Of a stretch of 64,000 nucleotides of DNA, positions 19,013 to 28,999 are shown one piece after another. The notes under the pieces are model-generated. The model did no database searches. It was given only the letters and a program-made list of their open reading frames with translations, and was not told the origin of the DNA. The position numbers and the translations under genes are program-made. The stretch is from Candidatus Bathyarchaeia archaeon. GTDB taxonomy: Archaea; Thermoproteota; Bathyarchaeia; 40CM-2-53-6. Position 1 is the stretch's first letter, and each line of letters begins with the position of its first letter. The stretch spans positions 110,147 to 174,146 of the forward strand of contig JBEKSC010000002.1 of assembly GCA_049517415.1 (NCBI GenBank), in the 5' to 3' direction.

Positions 19013-20038
19013 TTATAACGGGTTGCCGGTTGATGAATCGTCAATGTAGATTGGGGGTACCGATGTCACTTGGATTTGGTTATGGTTGACGTTATTGTTG
19101 TTGGAATTTTGCAGCAAATCCATTCCCGTACTATAGGGTGGGAGGGTGCTTCCTCCTTTGACCTGGTTGTTGTCGATGACGTTGTTGCTTGAACCAAATA
19201 GAACTATTCCGCCGTATCTGTTGTTGGTTAGCTGGTCGCTATCGATCTGCGTGTTGTTGGCTAGAAGAGCGATTCCGATATCGTTGCCGGTAAGGTTATT
19301 GTGATCGACCTCAGTGCTGCTTCCGGCTAGATATAGCAAAATGCCCGCGGATTGTTCGACGTTTACAAGATCGGGTCCGCAAGCGGTTGTGTTGTTGCAT
19401 TCATTTTCTGACACATTGTTATGGTCGACTTCGCTAACGGCTCCGAACCCAATCTGTATACCTGCCGCAGCATTATTCGATGGAGCACCCGTGCCATCAA
19501 CTACGTTATAGTTAACCATCACCTTTGAACCGAGGCAATTTACCGCGATTCCACCGTTCTGATAGTTGTATATGGAGTTGTGGTCAACGTCCCCCAATGT
19601 GGACCCAATAATACAAGACGGCTGACTAGACGGAGACCCTGCATCGGTCGTTGCATAATAGACCGCTACACCGTGCTGTGCTCCATCACGCGGGTGGTCG
19701 CCAATATCATGAATTGTGCTATGATTCAGATCAACACTTGCCTGATGAACTAGAACGCCAAAGTACCGAGCGTCATGAATGTTTGCGTTGACAACTGAAC
19801 CACTTGAACCGGGTGCAAAGTACACGCCAATGTCGCATCCAAATGCGTTAAGCTCACCACTGATCTTAGCTGTGGCGGTCACGATGATACTCGCAGTTAG
19901 ATTGACGCCATCCCTGAAGTAACCCGTCGCCGTACAGGAAGTTGCGAATGACGGAGCAGCTGCTACCGTTGCTCCGAATAATATGAACAGTACAATCGTC
20001 AGTTCCTTACCCTTCAAGAAGTCAAATTCTCCTTTCAC
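19013..20038 (-). CDS. secreted right-handed parallel beta-helix (NosD/CASH-like) protein
   Basis: Signal peptide; repeated VDHNN / N..GI motifs. Confidence 0.75.
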   Translation of the reverse strand: MKGEFDFLKGKELTIVLFILFGATVAAAPSFATSCTATGYFRDGVNLTASIIVTATAKISGELNAFGCDIGVYFAPGSSGSVVNANIHDARYFGVLVHQASVDLNHSTIHDIGDHPRDGAQHGVAVYYATTDAGSPSSQPSCIIGSTLGDVDHNSIYNYQNGGIAVNCLGSKVMVNYNVVDGTGAPSNNAAAGIQIGFGAVSEVDHNNVSENECNNTTACGPDLVNVEQSAGILLYLAGSSTEVDHNNLTGNDIGIALLANNTQIDSDQLTNNRYGGIVLFGSSNNVIDNNQVKGGSTLPPYSTGMDLLQNSNNNNVNHNQIQVTSVPPIYIDDSSTGNPL

Positions 20039-20557
20039 GTTGGGTATCGGTCAAGGTAGGAACGGATTTGTCCATTTAAGGCGAGGGAACCAAGTGACTA
20101 AATTGTGTCAGTTTGGTGCAAGCGTGTCATTGGTCTTTGATATTTCCAAACGGAGCGTGCCATCACCGTGAACGTGGCTCTCGGAAACATAATTCATGTG
20201 AGAATTGACCCGATTACGCGTAGAACCCTACAGAAAGCGCGGGGGAGGCCGTAACGTCAAGGAACGTATAATGACCGGGGCATCATTTACTCCTGCTTGC
20301 GATAGATGGGTCAAGGACTTGGCCTGCAAATAGTAACGCTTTTCAAAAGCAGTAAAACGGGCGACGTTTGACTCAGAAAACTGAGTCACCCCCCTGAGGA
20401 GTCTCTTCAAGCGTGCGCGCACCATTGGGTCCGAATGGGGGCTCGGCAGTAGGGCGAGAAAAGAGATGCCTAGCATATGTTATACACTAGGTAAGGAATA
20501 CAGTACGCCTCCAGGAGCGCTAGGTCATAATTTTCCATTGACCACCATGATGCACTA

Positions 20558-22003
20558 TTGCTTTCGATGATGAATCGATGGTGTGGGGACCTGCAGCCAG
20601 CAAATCGTAACCCTTCTCCGAAGCTTTTCGGGACTTCTGGCATCAGAGGGTCAGCAAGCGGATTCTTCACTACAGATTTTGCGGAGAGGCTTGGCCATAC
20701 ATTTGCGACGTTTCTCGAGAGTCGTGGAACCGTCTACGTTGGTCGTGATGTAAGGTTGCATTCAAAACCAATCCAAGGCGCTTTGATGAACGGCCTCCTA
20801 GCGGGGGGAGTGGATGTTATGGATTGCGGGCTTGTGCCAACACCAGCTTTACTCTTCGCGATGAAGGAGGCTGAATCCGCGGGGGGTGTTATGGTTACGG
20901 GAAGCCACACGCCACCTGAAATTGCGGGCGTATTGTTCTTTCTCAGTGATACTGGGGAGATGGATCCGCGCGGAGAGAGGTTATTTGAAGGGATCTACGC
21001 GTCCGCACCGTGGCGGCAACATCCCTCCGGCAGAAAGGGTTCGATGGGTTCCCTCGGAATTCTTGACGCCTATACCAAGACGCTCGAGGCGAGTATAGGT
21101 TACATCGGCGGGTACAAGGTTGTCGTCGACCCCGGTAACGGGGCTACGTGCGCAACGCTAGGCCGCGTTCTGGAAAGGTTAGGATGCAAAGTTGAGACTA
21201 TAAACGGTAATCCTGACGGGCGATTTCCCGGCCGCCCCCCGAACCCTCAGCCTTCTACACTTACCCAGCTCTCGAGAGCCGTGAAGAAGACGAACGCAGA
21301 CCTAGGGGTCGGAACTGATAGTGACGGTGACCGAGCCCTATTCGCAACGGAACAGGGGCGAGTGTTATGGGCCGACCTAACAGGCGCAATTTTCGCGAAA
21401 AACGAATTGAAGAGCCATGCTGGCGGAACAGTGATCAGCACAGTGAACACGTCAAGCATCATCAAGCTTCTATGTCAGGAATACGAAGGGAACCTCACCG
21501 TCACTAAGGTTGGGCCTCCGGCAATCGCTGAAGCGTTGCGTACCACTGAGAACGTGATATTTGCAACCGAGGAGTCTGGGAAGCACATCTGGCCAAGTAT
21601 CATACTCTACGGGGACGCGGCTTTCTCATCGGGCAAGCTGCTACAGATTATGAAGTCTGAAGGAATGAAATTAGAGCAACTTCAGGGCGACCTCCCGAAG
21701 TTTCACCAGTCCAAATCAACAATCCCGTGCCCAGACCAATTGAAAACTGAGGTGATGAAGTTTGTCACACTCTCGTGGAAGGCACGGTCGCGAGATGGGC
21801 GAACGCAAACCTCAACTATCGACGGCTTAAAGGTCGAGTACCCGGACTCATCGTGGTTTCTAGTGAGAACTTCCGGCACTGAGCCTCTACTGAGATGTAA
21901 TGCTGAGGCCCGAAGCCTGCGACGTGCGCAGGAACTTCTAGGGAGAGCAACTAAACTAGCACTACGAGGTATTAGGATGGCAGGGGAAACGCAAGGAACT
22001 TGA
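20558..22003 (+). CDS. alpha-phosphohexomutase family enzyme, probable phosphopentomutase
   Basis: LFGTSGIRG, TGSHTP, DSDGDR, EESG, RTSGTEP; overlaps deoC. Confidence 0.8.
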   Translation: MLSMMNRWCGDLQPANRNPSPKLFGTSGIRGSASGFFTTDFAERLGHTFATFLESRGTVYVGRDVRLHSKPIQGALMNGLLAGGVDVMDCGLVPTPALLFAMKEAESAGGVMVTGSHTPPEIAGVLFFLSDTGEMDPRGERLFEGIYASAPWRQHPSGRKGSMGSLGILDAYTKTLEASIGYIGGYKVVVDPGNGATCATLGRVLERLGCKVETINGNPDGRFPGRPPNPQPSTLTQLSRAVKKTNADLGVGTDSDGDRALFATEQGRVLWADLTGAIFAKNELKSHAGGTVISTVNTSSIIKLLCQEYEGNLTVTKVGPPAIAEALRTTENVIFATEESGKHIWPSIILYGDAAFSSGKLLQIMKSEGMKLEQLQGDLPKFHQSKSTIPCPDQLKTEVMKFVTLSWKARSRDGRTQTSTIDGLKVEYPDSSWFLVRTSGTEPLLRCNAEARSLRRAQELLGRATKLALRGIRMAGETQGT

Positions 22004-22674
22004 TATCCCGCACGCAACTGGCCGGTATGATAGATCACTCGGTGCTGCGTCCTGACTCGACCGAGGAGGATGTAAAGAATGGGTGCAAGTTGGCGGTTGA
22101 CCTTGGTTTGGCCGCGGTTGTAGTCAACCCAGCACATGTTCCAATAGCGGCAACTTACCTCAAGAATTCAGCCGTGAAGACTTGTAGCGTCATCTCTTTT
22201 CCGTTCGGCCTTTCCACGACGGAAGCGAAAGTCGCCGAAACAAAAGGCGTTCTGGCCGAAGGGGCAGAGGAAGTGGATATGGTTTTGAACTTCAGTGCCC
22301 TCCGCTCAGGCCGCGAGGGATACGTCTTGAATGAGGTAAAGAGCGTTGTAGGGTTGGCTAAGACTTACACGAAGAAAGTGGCTGTCAAGGTTATTCTTGA
22401 AACATGCTACCTGAATGATGCTGAGAAGGAGAAGGTGTGCCTATTGGCAGTTGAGGGGGGTGCCGATTTTGTAAAGACCTCCACAGGATTCGGCTCAGCC
22501 GGAGCCACTGTTGGTGACATTCGGCTGATGAGACGAACTGTTGGTTCGAGAGTGGGTGTGAAGGCAGCGGGTGGCATAAGAACCACCGACCAGGCGCTGC
22601 AAATGGTGGAGGCGGGGGCGAACAGAATAGGAACTAGCTCAAGCCTTTCCATTCTTGAAGGAATGACACGCTAA
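22000..22674 (+). CDS. deoC: deoxyribose-phosphate aldolase
   Basis: IDHSVL, FPFG, VKVILET, FVKTSTGF, VKAAGGIR, RIGTSS. Confidence 0.95.
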   Translation: MISRTQLAGMIDHSVLRPDSTEEDVKNGCKLAVDLGLAAVVVNPAHVPIAATYLKNSAVKTCSVISFPFGLSTTEAKVAETKGVLAEGAEEVDMVLNFSALRSGREGYVLNEVKSVVGLAKTYTKKVAVKVILETCYLNDAEKEKVCLLAVEGGADFVKTSTGFGSAGATVGDIRLMRRTVGSRVGVKAAGGIRTTDQALQMVEAGANRIGTSSSLSILEGMTR

Positions 22675-22747
22675 GATACGCTCATTTATGATTGAAAAAT
22701 CATCTTTGCGAAATCTTATATCGGCCTCGGACAGCGATTGTTAGTTC

Positions 22748-24301
22748 ATGTCGAAGCCAACGGTCTTCGTTAGACAAGCTACGGGCCTCGTGAAGAGCGT
22801 TAGCCCGTGGGCGCTATTCTTCGCGATGCTTGGCGAGATAGGGTTCGGAACCGGCCTGCTGTTGGTGAACGTCGCGAACTCTTTCTTCTCGGACGGCAAC
22901 CCGGGCGGTAACGGCGTTGATGCGACGCTGCTGCTTCTGTTTTTCGTAATTTTTGAGTCCTTCATCTTCTATCACGTTGTTCGTTCGGTTGGAAGGACGG
23001 GTGGGGATTACGTTTGGATGAGCAGGAATATTGGGCCCGTACTGGGCGGTGCGCTCATCCTCGGTTTCGTCTTCACTGGTATGCCGTTCTTGGCTGTGTC
23101 GGCGAACTGGTTCGTCACATTCTCACTCGCACCCAGCATATCTACAATCGCTGCGGTGTCAGGGAACAGCGGCCTGACTTCCTTCTCAGCGATGCTAACT
23201 ACTTCGACGGCGTTGATAGTCATGGGATTGTCTTTGATTGCGGTATTAACAGCAGTTGACATAGTATCGCCCAGGTCCGGATTTCAACTGCTTGCAGCCC
23301 TAACCATAATACCGCTCATAGGCACATTCATTATGGCAGGCGTCTTCTTGGGTTTCGGCCCAGCTGGCATACAGGCTTCCGTCTCAAACTTTCTTTCACA
23401 AAACGGCGGTTCATACACGCAGATAGCGTCTCAATACGTTGGCCCCGGTGCGTCACTTTCCGGCGTAGTGCTTCTCATTCCCTGGCTTTTCTTCACTCTG
23501 CCATGGGTTAACAACGCAGCAGCATTTTCAGGGGAGTTGAAGAATCTAAAGAGGTCGGCGTGGATAGGCACAGCGCTTCCCGGCGTTTTCAGCGGTCTGA
23601 TGTTAGCCGGGTTCATCGCGTTGTTCAATTGGGGTTTGGGTTTCAATTTCGCAATGCAAGCCCCGATCTCGTGGCCGGGTTCGTTGTATGCCATGGGCGT
23701 TGTCCCGAACATGCTAACAATCGCGACCATTGCGATTCGTGATAATCCGACTCTGATGTGGGTGATGAACGTGACCTTTGCCGTCTGGTACCTAGCTTCC
23801 CTTCAGCAGACGATTCTTTCGGTTTCGCGCTATATTCTTGGGATGAGTTTTGATAGGCTGATACCCGTTCAACTCGCGCATGTTAGTGATAGGTTCCATT
23901 CGCCAACCGCAGCCCTATTGTTGTGTTTCGTGGTTGCGATTCCAATGGTATTCATAGTTTCCTTAACAAACTGGACATCGCTTTACACTACGAGCGCTCT
24001 TGGGAGCGTGTTCTTTGCCTTCATCGGAATAACCGCGATAATCTATGGGTGGAGGAAGAGAAAGCAACTCGGGGGGACTGGGCCCGCTCTCATAGTATCC
24101 GGCTTGCTAATCGCCCCATTCTTCCTGTACGTTACATACCAGTTCCTGGCCCTACCCTTCTACGGCATCAACAACATCTCATGGGGAATCATGCTCTTCT
24201 TCTGGGTTCTGGGCGCGCTGCTCTACCCCATAGGTAAATGGTACTACGGAAGGAAAGGGTTAGACCTAAGCCTAGTCTTCAAAGAACTTCCACCCGAATG
24301 A
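22748..24301 (+). CDS. APC family amino acid permease
   Basis: FVRQATGLVK, GGDYVWMSR, SFDRLIP; 12 or more TM helices. Confidence 0.85.
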   Translation: MSKPTVFVRQATGLVKSVSPWALFFAMLGEIGFGTGLLLVNVANSFFSDGNPGGNGVDATLLLLFFVIFESFIFYHVVRSVGRTGGDYVWMSRNIGPVLGGALILGFVFTGMPFLAVSANWFVTFSLAPSISTIAAVSGNSGLTSFSAMLTTSTALIVMGLSLIAVLTAVDIVSPRSGFQLLAALTIIPLIGTFIMAGVFLGFGPAGIQASVSNFLSQNGGSYTQIASQYVGPGASLSGVVLLIPWLFFTLPWVNNAAAFSGELKNLKRSAWIGTALPGVFSGLMLAGFIALFNWGLGFNFAMQAPISWPGSLYAMGVVPNMLTIATIAIRDNPTLMWVMNVTFAVWYLASLQQTILSVSRYILGMSFDRLIPVQLAHVSDRFHSPTAALLLCFVVAIPMVFIVSLTNWTSLYTTSALGSVFFAFIGITAIIYGWRKRKQLGGTGPALIVSGLLIAPFFLYVTYQFLALPFYGINNISWGIMLFFWVLGALLYPIGKWYYGRKGLDLSLVFKELPPE

Positions 24302-24514
24302 ACCCCTGAATAACACAGGCCACCTCATCTGCGTCGTTAACAGGAAAACCAAATCCCGTCGTTTGATCGACTCCACCCGGCACGAACGCCGACGACGCCA
24401 TCGCTGAATACCTCTACGTAGAATGGATCACAAGAAAAGAGCATGCAAGGCTCCTGAAAACGCTGGGAATATTCGCTAACCCACCATAGAACTACTTCTT
24501 CTCCAAGTATTTGA

Positions 24515-24524
24515 GAACAAAAAT
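24515..24524. repeat. attL core GAACAAAAAT
   Basis: Identical to 31416-31425. Confidence 0.8.
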
Positions 24525-24582
24525 TAGGGTTAATATTTTATACTAGAAACATCCTATTCTAGGGTTTGAGGCAGTCAGAGCC

Positions 24583-24900
24583 TTGAAACCAGTCCTTAAC
24601 ACGAAGGATGGAACTCTGAGCGTCGAAGGCTCTCGGTTCCTAGCTCCAAGGATAACCGTGTCCTCGGAGATAACTAACCCCATAGGCCCTCTTAGTTTTT
24701 TGGGGCCAGTCGAACCGGAATACACCCCTGCGATTCCGGTAGAGTGCAAGTGCCACGGAAGATGCAAAGTGGCTTTGAAACCTAAGTGCGTATGCCGATG
24801 CCACGGTAAAGGCCATAGCGAAGCAATAAGAAAAGTAAACCATACCATTGAGGAATATGGGGAACACAATTCCCCTATTCTGAGGTATATCTATGCCTAA
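24583..24900 (+). CDS. Cys/His-rich small protein
   Basis: ECKCHGRCKVALKPKCVCRCHGKGH; overlaps the integrase start. Confidence 0.55.
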   Translation: MKPVLNTKDGTLSVEGSRFLAPRITVSSEITNPIGPLSFLGPVEPEYTPAIPVECKCHGRCKVALKPKCVCRCHGKGHSEAIRKVNHTIEEYGEHNSPILRYIYA

Positions 24901-26095
24901 AGGAATACATCTAATTAACCCTAAACTAACCGCCTTCCGTCAAGACGCTAATATCAAGAAGTGGCTGGATAGCCTGCATAAGAATACTAGGGCTGGTTAT
25001 GAGTCATGCCTGTTTCAGCTATGCGACCAATTAGCCTTAACGGGATCGCAGGTAAAGGATCTAGCAAAAGATAACCCAATTGAGCTGTCTCTAAGAGTAA
25101 AGGTCGTAGTGAAGAGGCTTCAAAATACGCGTGAAGTTTCAGACAGGACCATAGGCTATCGACTAGCGGCATTAACTAACTACCTGAACCTGTTCGAATT
25201 AGAGGCCCCCAGACTGTTGGGGCTGAAAATTAAAAGAGGCAAGTCTGCCACGCACCCGCTGATAAGCTGGGAACTAGCGAATAAGATAATTTCCCTAACC
25301 CCTGAGAAATATCAACCTGTCTTTAAGCTGATGCAATGGGGCCTAGACCTGGAACGCATATGCCAAATCAACGTAAACCCATACGTCAAATCAATAGAGA
25401 AGAAAATTATGGACAGCGTTAAGGAGCAATTAGAGAACCCTAAGAATGATTTAATCCGGTTAGACGTAGATGGCAGGAAGGGTAACGCTGATCCATATTA
25501 CATAGTGTTGCCCAGAGAAGTAGCTGGCTTGCTGCCAGTCAGGACTATTAGATATTCTGACATTATCAGTAAGGATGCGGTTAGGCGTAGTTGGCGTGTC
25601 GGACTGAAAAGAGCTGGCCTGCCGATAGATAGTAAACACGGCCCACATAATTTACGCTCTTGCTGGCTGACCGAAGCCACAAAGAGGGGACTGGAACCGG
25701 TGCTCCGAGAATTCCAGCTCGGCCACTCAGTTGACAGCCTGAATTATCAGAGAATCACGCAAGATTATGATTGGGTTTTAACCCAGTTCCGCAAGTCCTG
25801 GGCTATGAATGAACCTTCAGCAACGAGGAAGGAACTTGGTGAGCGAGATAAGAAAATTAGCGAACTAGAAAACCACAACGAGGAGCTTCGGCGGATTATC
25901 GGTGAAGACCTGTTGGAGCAGCAGTTGAAGCTACAAGACCAGATATTGCAGTTACTTAAGGAACGGGGCCTCCGCACGCAGATGCCCATTTCAGAGTACC
26001 CGCCCGACATCAAGGAATTACAGGATCAACTAAACAGAACCACAGAACGGCTGCTTAGATTAGGATTAATTAAACCAGGGGACGAGTTCGGGTAA
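24893..26095 (+). CDS. tyrosine recombinase/integrase with C-terminal coiled coil
   Basis: GRKGN, HGPHNLRS, LGHS...NYQR catalytic pattern. Confidence 0.8.
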   Translation: MPKGIHLINPKLTAFRQDANIKKWLDSLHKNTRAGYESCLFQLCDQLALTGSQVKDLAKDNPIELSLRVKVVVKRLQNTREVSDRTIGYRLAALTNYLNLFELEAPRLLGLKIKRGKSATHPLISWELANKIISLTPEKYQPVFKLMQWGLDLERICQINVNPYVKSIEKKIMDSVKEQLENPKNDLIRLDVDGRKGNADPYYIVLPREVAGLLPVRTIRYSDIISKDAVRRSWRVGLKRAGLPIDSKHGPHNLRSCWLTEATKRGLEPVLREFQLGHSVDSLNYQRITQDYDWVLTQFRKSWAMNEPSATRKELGERDKKISELENHNEELRRIIGEDLLEQQLKLQDQILQLLKERGLRTQMPISEYPPDIKELQDQLNRTTERLLRLGLIKPGDEFG

Positions 26096-26288
26096 ATCAC
26101 CGCCCCCCGCACTTCCATATTGTCTAGTTCCGCAATTTATGTTCTAATAGTCATAATATATTCTCGACTATAACCTTAGTTATGGGTAGACTGTTACCGT
26201 AGGTAAGGATGAAAACCGATAAGTTTATATAGGTATATATTATAAGGGCTAAGCAAGGAGATACTTAAAAAGTATTTGGTGCTTAATA

Positions 26289-26483
26289 ATGAAGCAAATG
26301 AAGCGAAATATGCTAAGGGTGCAGGAAAGCCACCCGAACGTGAATCACAAGGACTACTCGCAATTCAAAATCACGATTCCCGTTAACGAAGCTAGATTAC
26401 TGAAACTGAGTCAGGGAGACTTACTCATAGCAACTATTCAGAACGATAAGCTCGTCTACAGTAAACTAGCAGGAGGGAATTAG
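26289..26483 (+). CDS. AbrB/SpoVT-like DNA-binding protein
   Basis: QFKITIPVNEARLLKLSQGDLL; AT-rich TATA-like region upstream (26224-26243). Confidence 0.7.
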   Translation: MKQMKRNMLRVQESHPNVNHKDYSQFKITIPVNEARLLKLSQGDLLIATIQNDKLVYSKLAGGN

Positions 26484-26487
26484 AATT

Positions 26488-27051
26488 ATGAAAAATGAAA
26501 AGAAAATTGAGCCGTGGATGCAAAACGCGGCGAATCGATTAGCGTCAACGACGATTAAGGTAACGAGTCATGAATTCAAAGGAATTCCGTTCGGGGAACT
26601 CGTACTAAGATTAACGGATGGCAAAACAGTTCCATTCAACAAACTAACGGAAATCCAGCTTAACTACTATAAAGAGAACGTATTACCGAACAGTCAAGGT
26701 AACCCCGCTAGGCAAGGAACACCTAGCGGAAGAAGCAGCAACCAAACAGGCAGTGGAAGTGGCAGTCAACTTGGTTCCCCAAGCCTAGATGATTCAAACG
26801 TATCAATGGACGATTTTCCGCAAAGCGAAGAACCAATTTGGATCAGGCAACCCGGACTAGGCTGCCGAGTAATTATAGTCGGAAGCAAAGACGAATTAGC
26901 GCAACTGAAAGCGGTAGGCGGCTTAACTGGTTGGGGTGTCGCCGGATATTATGACGCAGGCGTGAGCCACCAGGGCGCATACTTCGTTTACTTGATACCT
27001 GACTCAGCCGCCGCGGATATTGATACAGGCTTAGGACACCAACCCAGTTGA
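26488..27051 (+). CDS. hypothetical protein with Ser/Gly linker
   Basis: ORF in a tight operon with a GGAGG RBS. Confidence 0.6.
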   Translation: MKNEKKIEPWMQNAANRLASTTIKVTSHEFKGIPFGELVLRLTDGKTVPFNKLTEIQLNYYKENVLPNSQGNPARQGTPSGRSSNQTGSGSGSQLGSPSLDDSNVSMDDFPQSEEPIWIRQPGLGCRVIIVGSKDELAQLKAVGGLTGWGVAGYYDAGVSHQGAYFVYLIPDSAAADIDTGLGHQPS

Positions 27052-27063
27052 GGTAAGCAAGCG

Positions 27064-27453
27064 ATGTCAATTTTGACTGGGCCAGAAACCCCAAAGAAGA
27101 TGTGCCCCATATGTGGGATCAGTTACAGTTACGAAATTCGGTTCAGAGAAATGCTCGGGTTGCGAGTCTGTCAGAAATGTTTTGATTCTCAGGGCATCGC
27201 TGACCAAATTCGGCAACTGAAAGCTCGGGCGCAGGGTGAACGTGAAGCACTAGAACGAGCTATTGCTAAAGACAAAGCAGACCAAGCAGCTAATCAGAAT
27301 CCAGCACCTAGCATCATGGGCAACTGCTATGAATGTGGGCTTCCGTCTGTCAAACTCACCAAACTAAGTAATGGGCATTCCTATTGTCGTAGGTGCGCTG
27401 AACCCCGCAACAGAAGCGCAATGGGGTTAGTTGAAAGAAACCTGGCGCAGTAA
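27064..27453 (+). CDS. double Zn-finger protein
   Basis: CPIC..CQKC and CYEC..CRRC; GAGGT RBS. Confidence 0.65.
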   Translation: MSILTGPETPKKMCPICGISYSYEIRFREMLGLRVCQKCFDSQGIADQIRQLKARAQGEREALERAIAKDKADQAANQNPAPSIMGNCYECGLPSVKLTKLSNGHSYCRRCAEPRNRSAMGLVERNLAQ

Positions 27454-27613
27454 CGTGAAGCCTACTCCTCCTTTACCTAAAGTTCCTCGACCTCCACGAC
27501 CCACGATTAAGATTCAATGCGCTAATTGTGGCCTAGAGAAAGAGGCGCTTCTTCCGCGCTACTGCCTCGACTGCAGCCGAGCCTATCACATGAGGCTAAC
27601 TAAAGGCGAATGA
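27431..27613 (+). CDS. small Zn-finger protein
   Basis: CANC...CLDC. Confidence 0.55.
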   Translation: MKETWRSNVKPTPPLPKVPRPPRPTIKIQCANCGLEKEALLPRYCLDCSRAYHMRLTKGE

Positions 27614-27616
27614 CTA

Positions 27617-27883
27617 ATGACTAACCCTAACCTGAAACCTCCTGAAACCTACCGGAAAAAACCAGTTAAAGTAACGTCAGCGGAATGCGTTGAATGTCAC
27701 GCCACGTTCACGCCCCGCTTCAAGGTGCTAATCTACGAACCAATCTTTTGTGACGCGTGTATTTCTAGGCTGGTGATTCTGGGAGTGAAGGCGATGCTGG
27801 ACCGGCGAGGCAAAATCACCCATTACGAACAAGTCGCATCGAAGAAAGAAGAGCCGATCATGGAGGCCGCTGTTTACGTGTAG
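27617..27883 (+). CDS. small Zn-finger protein
   Basis: CVEC...CDAC. Confidence 0.6.
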   Translation: MTNPNLKPPETYRKKPVKVTSAECVECHATFTPRFKVLIYEPIFCDACISRLVILGVKAMLDRRGKITHYEQVASKKEEPIMEAAVYV

Positions 27884-27977
27884 GTACAAAGCAGACGCCA
27901 GTAAAATTCATCCTGCAACCCCCCGAAATGAAAGGAGAAGAATCGGCATAATTTACCAATCCCACAAATTCAACGAC

Positions 27978-28679
27978 TTGACCGCTAACCTAGAAGCCTT
28001 GAAACAACACGGCACCATAGCGGACTACCAAATCACCCAGTACGTAAGCGACATTAACGAACCGGACATCATAATCGAATTAGCCCTCCTGGACGGACGA
28101 ACAGTAAGAGTCGCCACAGAATGTAAGAATTGGAACCCGTACACAAGCAAAGGAGTACCCTATACCCTCAACTCAACGAACTACCAGCATGAAGTACGAC
28201 CTAAGTTCTTTGAGAACGGCGCAAAGAAACCCTTCGATTACAGCCTAGCATTATTCCATAATCCACTAGACCACACCCAAGCCGACTATCCACTAAACCG
28301 AGACGGCGTAAGATACGTGGACGACGAAGACCTATTCAGCACCCTGCTAGGCATCCTCGAAGAAGAATACGGCCCTGAAGCATGGTCATGTATCTATAAT
28401 GGGTATGCTATGCCTAGACGTGGGTTTAGTTATAGTGTAAGTAAGGGTAATTGGATTAGTGGTTGTTCTAATGAATCTAATTTAGTGGGTTCAGTTGCGG
28501 CACCCCGAGCCCCGTTAGCTTCATGCGAGGGCGAGGCATTTGTCCGTGGGCCTGAGCCTTGTCCTCGTTGCGGCTGTGTGTTTTGTGGTTGCAGTAGCGC
28601 AATAACTAGTTCACATGTGACAGGTACGGCGTCCTCACGGACGCTTTACTATGGAGATAGTGTTTTTGGAGGACATTAA
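27978..28679 (+). CDS. PD-(D/E)XK nuclease-like protein (frame open further upstream)
   Basis: EPDIII...ATECKNW. Confidence 0.6.
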   Translation: MTANLEALKQHGTIADYQITQYVSDINEPDIIIELALLDGRTVRVATECKNWNPYTSKGVPYTLNSTNYQHEVRPKFFENGAKKPFDYSLALFHNPLDHTQADYPLNRDGVRYVDDEDLFSTLLGILEEEYGPEAWSCIYNGYAMPRRGFSYSVSKGNWISGCSNESNLVGSVAAPRAPLASCEGEAFVRGPEPCPRCGCVFCGCSSAITSSHVTGTASSRTLYYGDSVFGGH

Positions 28680-28999
28680 GCAGCGTCAAAGGGGAAGCTC
28701 CCACAGGGGCGACGCTGAAGTCAACTCCAAACGCCTTCGTGGTAGTAGGCGACGAGCTCATTATCTCCATTCCCCAAAATATTCCTACATTACAACGCCT
28801 TCCTCGTTACGCCGACTGTGCTGGCGGTCGGCTAACTTGCTTGTTGGGGTCTCCGGACCCAAATGAAAACCCATTTCTCGGAGCCACAGAAATGTGGGTG
28901 ACGGTCAAGCCTCCCCAACAATCCAACTTACCTTACAGCCCAAATTTTGCCGTATGGTAATTTTTCCCCTATAACAAACCAGTTGGTGCGTAGTTCTCT

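Noticed and set aside
20230..20480. GC-rich intergenic stretch as a possible stable RNA
   Set aside because: No tRNA, SRP or RNase P signatures; only short hairpins.
24360..24490. Short frame TNADDAIAEYLYVEW...NPP*
   Set aside because: Possible gene remnant, but no start or recognisable family.
26083..26112. ...TAAATCACCGCCCCCCGCAC after the second integrase resembles a tRNA-Leu 3' end
   Set aside because: No proper T-loop or stem and no CCA; the element's att is better explained by the 10-bp repeat in NUDIX.
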